A stretch of 64,000 nt of DNA from Phycisphaerae bacterium (GTDB lineage Bacteria > Planctomycetota > Phycisphaerae > SM23-33). Positions 1-7,929 of the stretch are shown one piece after another. Numbering within the stretch: position 1 is the stretch's first letter; every line of letters begins with the position of its first letter. The notes beneath the pieces were generated by a model. That model was not told the DNA's origin. It did no database searches and worked only from the letters and a program-made list of their open reading frames with translations. A program made the position numbers and the translations under genes. The stretch is from contig JAWLCQ010000004.1 in NCBI GenBank assembly GCA_041687095.1, forward strand, positions 19,194 through 83,193. The letters are read 5' to 3'.

Positions 1-113
1 GGCCGACATCCTCCCCACCGTCCCCGGAATCGCTGTACGCATGCCCGGTGCGACGAAAGGCCCCTCCCCCACACACGGACACCCTGCACAGGCGCACAAG
101 GAGCACAGCAGAC

Positions 114-1847
114 ATGACGATCACGGCACCGGGCATTGCGGAACGCGACGAGAACCGCCCCGCCACCCTCGCGGGCAGGACGGGCGCCGAACTCATCCAT
201 CAACTCCTCCTCGACGAGGGCGTCGAGGTGGTGTTCGGCTACATCGGGGCGGCCGTCATCCCCCTGTTCGACCAGCTCTACGATTCCCCCATCCAGTACA
301 TCCAGACCCGCCACGAGCAGGGCGCCGCCCACATGGCCGACGGCTACGCCCGCTCCACGGGCAGGGTCGGAACGATCATCGCCACCAGCGGGCCGGGCGC
401 CACCAACCTGGTGACGGGGATCGCGACCGCCCACATGGACTCCATCCCGATGGTCGCCATCACCGGGCAGGTCAAGAGCCACCTCATCGGCAACGACGCC
501 TTTCAGGAGGCCGACGTCACCGGCATCACCCGCCCCATCACCAAGCACAACGCCCTCGTCAAGCGCGTCGAGGACCTCGGGCGGGCCCTGAAGGAGGCCT
601 ACTACATCGCCCGCACGGGACGCCCCGGACCGGTCGTCGTCGATATCGCCGTTGACGCCACGACGGACCGCCTGTCGGACGAGCCGAACCTCACGATGAA
701 CCTCCCCGGCTACAAGCCGCGGATGGTCGGCCACACCCGCCAGATCCTCGCCGCCGCCGCCGCCATCAACGCCGCCCAGCGCCCCGTCCTGTACGTCGGC
801 GGCGGGGTCATCCTCTCGGGGGCCACCGAGATCCTCCGCGCCCTGGCGCACAAGGCCCGGATCCCCGTCACCACTACGCTCCTGGGCCTGGGGACCTTCG
901 ACGAGACCGACGAGCTGGCCCTGCGCATGCTGGGCATGCACGGATCCGCCGCCGCCAACTACGCCGTCCAGGACTGCGACCTGCTGATCTCCGTCGGCGC
1001 CCGCTTCGACGACCGCGTCACCGGCGACGTCCGCACCTTCGCCCCCAAGGCCAAGATCGTCCACATCGACGTGGACCCCACGTCGATCTCCAAGAACGTC
1101 GTCGTCCACATCCCCGTCGTCGGCGACGCCAAGGACATCCTCGAGCGCATGATCGAGCACATCGAGCCCACCGACCGCGCCCCCTGGCTCGCCCAGGTCG
1201 CCCAGTGGAAGAAGGACCACCCCTTCCGCTACGGAGCGCCGAAGGACGGCCGCATCAAGCCCCAGCGCGTCATCGAGCGCCTGGGGGAACTCACGAACCA
1301 CGACGCCCTCGTCGCCACCGGCGTCGGGCAGCACCAGATGTGGGCCGCCCAGTTCTACGGCTGGCGCAAGCCCCGCCAGATCATCACCTCCGGGGGCCTG
1401 GGCACCATGGGCTTCGGCTGCCCCGCCGCCGTGGGCGTGCAGATCGGCAACCCCGGGCGAACCGTTCTCGACATCGACGGCGACGGGTCGTTCAGCATGA
1501 CCATGATGGAGGTCATCACCGCCGTCCGCTACCAGCAGCCCGTCAAGTTCGTCGTCCTCGACAACCACTACCTCGGCATGGTCCGCCAGTGGCAGGAGCT
1601 GTTCTGGGGCAAACGCTACAGCGGCGTCGACCACCCCTGCCCCGACTTCGCCAAGGTCGCCGAGGGCTTCGGCGCCCGCGGGATGGCCGTCAAAGACCCC
1701 AGCGAACTCGACGACGCCCTCAACGAGATGCTCAAGACCGACGGGCCCGTCGTCCTCGCCGTCGACGTCGAGCCCGAGGAGAACGTCTTCCCCATGGTCC
1801 CCGCAGGGAAGGCACTCCATGACATGAACCTGGGAACATTGGCATGA
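114..1847 (+). CDS. ilvB: acetolactate synthase (AHAS) large catalytic subunit, ThDP-dependent; copy 1, not followed by a small-subunit gene
   Basis: ORF 48..1847; likely ATG at 114 (MTITAPGIAERDE) with AAGGAG 10 nt upstream. Conserved AHAS/ThDP motifs (GYARSTGRVGTIIATSGPGATNLVTG; GGLGTMGFGCPAAVG). The 3' 1.15 kb is nearly identical to copy 2. Confidence 0.85.
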   Translation: MTITAPGIAERDENRPATLAGRTGAELIHQLLLDEGVEVVFGYIGAAVIPLFDQLYDSPIQYIQTRHEQGAAHMADGYARSTGRVGTIIATSGPGATNLVTGIATAHMDSIPMVAITGQVKSHLIGNDAFQEADVTGITRPITKHNALVKRVEDLGRALKEAYYIARTGRPGPVVVDIAVDATTDRLSDEPNLTMNLPGYKPRMVGHTRQILAAAAAINAAQRPVLYVGGGVILSGATEILRALAHKARIPVTTTLLGLGTFDETDELALRMLGMHGSAAANYAVQDCDLLISVGARFDDRVTGDVRTFAPKAKIVHIDVDPTSISKNVVVHIPVVGDAKDILERMIEHIEPTDRAPWLAQVAQWKKDHPFRYGAPKDGRIKPQRVIERLGELTNHDALVATGVGQHQMWAAQFYGWRKPRQIITSGGLGTMGFGCPAAVGVQIGNPGRTVLDIDGDGSFSMTMMEVITAVRYQQPVKFVVLDNHYLGMVRQWQELFWGKRYSGVDHPCPDFAKVAEGFGARGMAVKDPSELDDALNEMLKTDGPVVLAVDVEPEENVFPMVPAGKALHDMNLGTLA

Positions 1848-1996
1848 GCGGCGGCGGTTGACCGTATGGAGGCCAGAGCGTACGATACGCTTCTCCCCAT
1901 CGCGGTGATTCCGGAACCCACCGTCGCCGCGGACTCCCCCGCCGGCGCTACCCACGGCGGATGGCGAACAGACGCTTCAACAGAGTGAGGATAGAT

Positions 1997-3718
1997 ATGA
2001 GCGAGAACACGAAAGACGAGCAGGCGAGGGCGAAGAGCCTTGTGGGCCACAACGGGGCCCAGGTGCTCCACCAGATCCTCCAAGACGAGGGGGTCGAGGT
2101 GATCTTCGGCTACCCGGGCGGGTCGGTGATCCCGATCTTCGACGTCCTGTACGACACGCCGATCAAGTACGTCCAGTCCCGCCACGAGCAGGGGGCCGTC
2201 CACATGGCCGACGGGTACGCCCGCTCCACGGGCAAGGTCGGAACCATCATCGCCACCAGCGGGCCTGGGGCGACGAACCTGGTGACGGGCCTGGCGACGG
2301 CGCACATGGACTCCGTGCCCCTCGTCGCCATCACCGGGCAGGTCCGCAGCGACCTCATCGGCAACGACGCCTTCCAGGAGGCCGACGTCACCGGCATCAC
2401 CCGCCCCATCACCAAGCACAACGCCCTCGTCAAGCGCGTCGAGGACCTCGGGCGCACCCTCAAGGAGGCCTACTACATCGCCCGCACCGGCCGCCCCGGG
2501 CCCGTGGTGGTGGACGTCGCCGTCGACGCCACCGTCGCCAAGCTCACCAGCGAGCCGGACCTCACGATGAACCTCCCCGGCTACAAGCCGCGGATGGTCG
2601 GCCACACGCGGCAGATCCTCGCCGCCGCCGCCGCCATCAACGCCGCCCAGCGCCCCGTCCTGTACGTCGGCGGCGGGGTCATCCTCTCGGGGGCCACCGA
2701 GATCCTCCGCGCCCTGGCGCACAAGGCCCGGATCCCCGTCACCACTACGCTCCTGGGCCTGGGGACCTTCGACGAGACCGACGAGCTGGCCCTGCGCATG
2801 CTGGGCATGCACGGATCCGCCGCCGCCAACTACGCCGTCCAGGACTGCGACCTGCTGATCTCCGTCGGCGCCCGCTTCGACGACCGCGTCACCGGCGACG
2901 TCCGCACCTTCGCCCCCAAGGCCAAGATCGTCCACATCGACGTGGACCCCACGTCGATCTCCAAGAACGTCGTCGTCCACATCCCCGTCGTCGGCGACGC
3001 CAAGGACATCCTCGAGCGCATGATCGAGCACATCGAGCCCACCGACCGCGCCCCCTGGCTCGCCCAGGTCGCCCAGTGGAAGAAGGACCACCCCTTCCGC
3101 TACGGAGCGCCGAAGGACGGCCGCATCAAGCCCCAGCGCGTCATCGAGCGCCTGGGGGAACTCACGAACCACGACGCCCTCGTCGCCACCGGCGTCGGGC
3201 AGCACCAGATGTGGGCCGCCCAGTTCTACGGCTGGCGCAAGCCCCGCCAGATCATCACCTCCGGGGGCCTGGGCACCATGGGCTTCGGCTGCCCCGCCGC
3301 CGTGGGCGTGCAGATCGGCAACCCCGGGCGAACCGTTCTCGACATCGACGGCGACGGGTCGTTCAGCATGACCATGATGGAGGTCATCACCGCCGTCCGC
3401 TACCAGCAGCCCGTCAAGTTCGTCGTCCTCGACAACCACTACCTCGGCATGGTCCGCCAGTGGCAGGAGCTGTTCTGGGGCAAACGCTACAGCGGCGTCG
3501 ACCACCCCTGCCCCGACTTCGCCAAGGTCGCCGAGGGCTTCGGCGCCCGCGGGATGGCCGTCAAAGACCCCAGCGAACTCGACGACGCCCTCAACGAGAT
3601 GCTCAAGACCGACGGGCCCGTCGTCCTCGCCGTCGACGTCGAACCCGAGGAGAACGTCTTCCCCATGGTCCCCGCAGGGAAGGCCCTCCATGACATGAAC
3701 CTGGGAACATTGGCATAA
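1997..3718 (+). CDS. ilvB: acetolactate synthase large catalytic subunit; copy 2, immediately followed by the ilvN small subunit
   Basis: ORF 1961..3718; likely ATG at 1997 (MSENTKDEQ) after GAGTGAGG. The N-terminal third is about 85% identical to copy 1 at the protein level; the C-terminal ~385 aa are identical. Stop TAA, then an AAGGAG RBS for ilvN. Confidence 0.85.
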   Translation: MSENTKDEQARAKSLVGHNGAQVLHQILQDEGVEVIFGYPGGSVIPIFDVLYDTPIKYVQSRHEQGAVHMADGYARSTGKVGTIIATSGPGATNLVTGLATAHMDSVPLVAITGQVRSDLIGNDAFQEADVTGITRPITKHNALVKRVEDLGRTLKEAYYIARTGRPGPVVVDVAVDATVAKLTSEPDLTMNLPGYKPRMVGHTRQILAAAAAINAAQRPVLYVGGGVILSGATEILRALAHKARIPVTTTLLGLGTFDETDELALRMLGMHGSAAANYAVQDCDLLISVGARFDDRVTGDVRTFAPKAKIVHIDVDPTSISKNVVVHIPVVGDAKDILERMIEHIEPTDRAPWLAQVAQWKKDHPFRYGAPKDGRIKPQRVIERLGELTNHDALVATGVGQHQMWAAQFYGWRKPRQIITSGGLGTMGFGCPAAVGVQIGNPGRTVLDIDGDGSFSMTMMEVITAVRYQQPVKFVVLDNHYLGMVRQWQELFWGKRYSGVDHPCPDFAKVAEGFGARGMAVKDPSELDDALNEMLKTDGPVVLAVDVEPEENVFPMVPAGKALHDMNLGTLA

Positions 3719-3731
3719 AAGGAGCGGGTCC

Positions 3732-4247
3732 ATGCGACACGTGATCAGTGCATTGGTTCAGAATCAGCCGGGCGTCCTGGCCCACGTGGCCGGGATGTTC
3801 GCCGCCCGCGGCTTTAACATCGATTCGCTGGTGGTCGGACGGACGGAGGACCCCGAGCTGTCGCGGATGACGATCGTGGTCATCGGCGACGACCGGATCC
3901 TGGAGCAGGTCCGCAAGCAACTCGGGAAGGTGATCCCCGTGGTCAAGGTCCGCGACTTCACGGACGTCGCCTACGTGGAGCGCGACCTGCTGCTCATCCG
4001 CGTCCACGCCACGCCCGAGAAGCGGTCCGAGGTGGTCGAGCTGGCCAACCTCTTCCGCGGACGCGTCGTGGACGTGGCGAAGAACTCGCTTTTGGTCGAA
4101 CTCTCGGGGCCCGAGGACAAGCTCGAGGCCTTCGTGGAACTCGTGAGGCCCTACGGGATCAGCGAGATGGCGCGGACGGGCATCATCGCGATGCAGCGCG
4201 GCGAGCAGGTCGGCCGAGCCAAGGACAAGGACGCCGACGTGGCGTAA
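3732..4247 (+). CDS. ilvN: acetolactate synthase small regulatory subunit (ACT domain)
   Basis: MRHVISALVQNQPGVLAHVAGMFAARGFNIDSLVVGRTEDPELSRMTIVV matches the IlvH/IlvN N-terminal ACT domain. RBS AAGGAG 7 nt upstream; 13 bp downstream of the ilvB copy 2 stop. Confidence 0.85.
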   Translation: MRHVISALVQNQPGVLAHVAGMFAARGFNIDSLVVGRTEDPELSRMTIVVIGDDRILEQVRKQLGKVIPVVKVRDFTDVAYVERDLLLIRVHATPEKRSEVVELANLFRGRVVDVAKNSLLVELSGPEDKLEAFVELVRPYGISEMARTGIIAMQRGEQVGRAKDKDADVA

Positions 4248-4457
4248 CCGTCCGCGCGGGCAACCGGTCCTGGACCCGACTGCTCGCGAGACAACGCCTG
4301 CCCAACGCCCCCGGACCGCGTCCGGGGGGTGACGCGGACACAGAGCGGACCCATACGCCCTGCACCGCTATCTCCCGACGGGCCCGGGGGCGTTGGTCTG
4401 TACGCAAACACGGCGGGAGCGTCAGAGGACCTCCGGGGGGATCCGCGGGATCCTGCA

Positions 4458-4486
4458 TTGACACTCGAAGCCTCTTGCCGTATCTC
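4458..4486 (+). promoter_or_regulatory. candidate sigma70-like promoter for the nucleoside hydrolase gene (TTGACA-17-TATCTC)
   Basis: Perfect -35 TTGACA at 4458-4463, a 17-nt spacer and a weak -10 TATCTC, about 60 nt upstream of the ATG. Preceded by a GGATCCGCGGGATCC palindrome. Promoter consensus for this phylum is uncertain. Confidence 0.25.
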
Positions 4487-4545
4487 TCTTCGATTCACGC
4501 GGGCCTGGGCCCGCGCAGAACGGGACAACCCTCAGGCCCACAGGA

Positions 4546-5904
4546 GTGGAGCATTCCATGGCAGACGACAAAGTGAAGATCATCTTCGACACGGACATCG
4601 GTTCGGACATCGACGACGCGGTCGCCCTGGCGTACCTGCTATCGCAGCCGCGATGCGAACTGCTGGGCATCACCACCGTCACGGGCGAGCCCCTCAAGCG
4701 GGCCGAGATGGCGTCGGCGGTCTGCCGCACCGTCGGGCGCGACGACATCCCCATCCACTCCGGGTGCGCCCAGTCCATGCTCATCCGCATGCGCCAGGAT
4801 AAGGCCCCGCAGGCGGACGCCCTGGGCGGTTGGGACCGGCGGACCGACTTCGCCCCCAACACCGCCATCGAGTTCCTCCGCACCACCATCCGCGCCCACC
4901 CCGGGGAGATCACGCTGCTGGCCGTCGGGCCCATGACCAATCTCGGGGTGCTGTTCGCCCTCGACCCCGAGATCCCCGCCCTGCTCAAGGACCTCGTCCT
5001 CATGTGCGGGCGGTTCTTCACGTGGATGGGCGGGGAGTGGAACGCCATCGGCGACCCGCACGCGACGGCCATCGTGTACGGCAACGGCCAGCAGGCCCGC
5101 CCCCCGCACCACGTGAGCTTCGGGCTCGACGTGACCACCCAGTGCACCCTGCCCGCCGACGAGTGCCGCCAACGTTTCACCGCCAAGGTCCTCAAGCCCG
5201 TCAAGGACTTCGCCGAGGTCTGGTTCAAGCACCGCCCCCACATCACCTTCCACGACCCCCTGGCGGCCGCCTGCGTCTTCGAGCCTGACATCTGCACGTA
5301 CAAGCAGGGCTTCGTCCGCGTCCCGCTGGCCGACCCGACCGCCGGGTGGACGCTGTTCAACGAGGGCAGCCAGGACAAGGCCCATACCGTCGCCCGCGAC
5401 GTGGACAGCAAGCGGTTCTTCGAGCACTACTTCGACCTGGTGAAGTCGGCCGGGTCGCACCGCGGTTGCATGGATGGGGGGGGGGGGGCAGCCGGGGGAT
5501 GCCCCGCCCCCACGCGTTTTCCCGATCGCCACGACCAGGCCCCCGCGAGCCGCCCTCGCCCCCCCGCTTTCGACAGGTTCATCTCCGTCATACGCATCCC
5601 GTTTGATTCCTACGCGGGTGCCGCGGTTTGCGCAGCGAAGCGGCTTGCCTCGTCGGAGCCCTGGCGGAGACGGGAACAACCACGTCAAGCCGACGGTGCG
5701 CACGAACTGCTTGGGATGCGTATCCCGCCTTCGCGGCTGGCTGGAGGCCTGAAGGGTCACCATCAAACAAAACGCCCGCAGGCGAATGCCCGCGGGCGTT
5801 TTGCGGTCCGGAAGAACCCTGTCCAAAAGCGTCGAGACAGCCGACCCAGGGATTCGAACCCTGAACCTCAGCTTTACGAAAGCTGTGCTCTACCGTTGAG
5901 CTAG
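4546..5904 (+). CDS. inosine-uridine preferring nucleoside hydrolase family protein; 3' end unreliable (true C-terminus probably near 5480-5620)
   Basis: N-terminal KIIFDTDIGSDIDDAVALAYLLS (the DxDxxxDD nucleoside hydrolase signature). The ORF only runs to 5904 because of a G13 homopolymer at 5476-5488, and its tail overlaps a tRNA gene. Family length is usually about 310-330 aa. Confidence 0.6.
   Translation: MEHSMADDKVKIIFDTDIGSDIDDAVALAYLLSQPRCELLGITTVTGEPLKRAEMASAVCRTVGRDDIPIHSGCAQSMLIRMRQDKAPQADALGGWDRRTDFAPNTAIEFLRTTIRAHPGEITLLAVGPMTNLGVLFALDPEIPALLKDLVLMCGRFFTWMGGEWNAIGDPHATAIVYGNGQQARPPHHVSFGLDVTTQCTLPADECRQRFTAKVLKPVKDFAEVWFKHRPHITFHDPLAAACVFEPDICTYKQGFVRVPLADPTAGWTLFNEGSQDKAHTVARDVDSKRFFEHYFDLVKSAGSHRGCMDGGGGAAGGCPAPTRFPDRHDQAPASRPRPPAFDRFISVIRIPFDSYAGAAVCAAKRLASSEPWRRREQPRQADGAHELLGMRIPPSRLAGGLKGHHQTKRPQANARGRFAVRKNPVQKRRDSRPRDSNPEPQLYESCALPLS
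5766..5804. terminator. bidirectional rho-independent-type terminator hairpin (12-bp GC-rich stem caaaacgcccgc/gcgggcgttttg)
   Basis: Perfect inverted repeat with a T-run on the minus strand (ttttgtttg) and a short T-run on the plus strand. It lies between the nucleoside hydrolase core and the 3' end of tRNA-Thr. Confidence 0.5.
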
Positions 5905-5910
5905 GTCGGC
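5839..5910 (-). tRNA. tRNA-Thr (anticodon CGU)
   Basis: The reverse complement folds as a canonical cloverleaf: acceptor GCCGACC/GGUCGGC, D-arm GCUC-AACGGUA-GAGC, anticodon stem CAGCU/AGCUG with loop UUCGUAA (anticodon CGU), variable loop AGGUU, T-arm CAGGG-UUCGAAU-CCCUG. CCA is not encoded. Confidence 0.85.
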
Positions 5911-6109
5911 AAACTTCGTACCGCCGCACGGCGGCGGGCCTGCACGCGGGCCCACGGCCCATGGCCACTACTGTATCGCTCGACGCCAGTACGGTCAAGT
6001 AGGTTGCGAAGCATTACCGCAGTGTTCATCGCAAACGCGCCGAGACGGCAGAAACCACCGCGCACTGGTTCCCGGACTGCCTCCGCACCGTCAAGGACTT
6101 CGCGGGGTT

Positions 6110-6260
6110 TGTCGGCAGTGAGCGAGTGGTCGGGGACCTCCGCCGTCGGCGAGGAGTTCGACAAGATCCTGGCCAAGCTGGGGTTCAAGCGCAAGGGCTT
6201 GGGCTTCTATGCCCCCCGCCACACCTTCCGCACCTGGGCCGATGAGACCCAAGGGACACC
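6110..6260 (+). pseudogene. remnant of a tyrosine recombinase (phage-type integrase) C-terminal catalytic region
   Basis: The translation GEEFDKILAKLGFKRKGLGFYAPRHTFRTWADE resembles the integrase box-II HxLRHTFAT region. There is no intact N-terminus and no catalytic Tyr. It lies about 200 bp from the tRNA-Thr gene. Confidence 0.35.
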
Positions 6261-6420
6261 GCGATCAGGGCGAGGAAGCTCAGGGGCATCGACAGGATGG
6301 CCGGTTGCCCCAGGAGGGAACCCAACCGATGGCCGCCGGAGGTCGTGGAGCATGAACATGTCGGGGTCCGCCAGGATGATCCCTCGCGATGCCGCAGTGC
6401 CGATCAGGGTCGAGGCCCCC

Positions 6421-7482
<1,062 letters not shown>

Positions 7483-7929
7483 CCTCTTCCTTGCCGGGCC
7501 TACCACCCCGCCGTGCGCATGCCTAGGAATAGCATCCCGAGCCCCCCGCTGTCACGCATGACGTCCCCTCGCACCGAGCCCTCCACCATCGCCAGGGTCG
7601 GCGAACGCTTGACAATCGTGCGTCGCCCGCAGTTGGCCTCGCCCGTGCAGGTGCGGAAGACGCCCAAGTCCCTCCCACTGGCGGCGCGGACGGCGAACGT
7701 GCATCGAGCGGCGAGCCTGGCGCTGTGCAACGGGGGCATCACCGAGCGGCGGCGGACGAGCACCCCCCCGACCGTCTGTCCATCCACACCCACATCGACC
7801 TGTCCGACACGGCCCGTGCCATCGCGGCACTGCCGGGGATATGGGAATGGCAGGAATCGGGGCACACAGGTCTTTCGCGCCCGACCATCCGATCCGTCGG
7901 CCGAAACGCGTGAAGGTCCCCGGTTCCAC

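Noticed and set aside
114-3718. ilvB duplication as a pure assembly artefact
   Set aside because: The copies differ substantially in their 5' thirds. The identical tract has a sharp boundary and scattered synonymous differences. The downstream contexts differ (TGA plus non-coding sequence versus TAA plus ilvN). Read-depth confirmation is still advisable.
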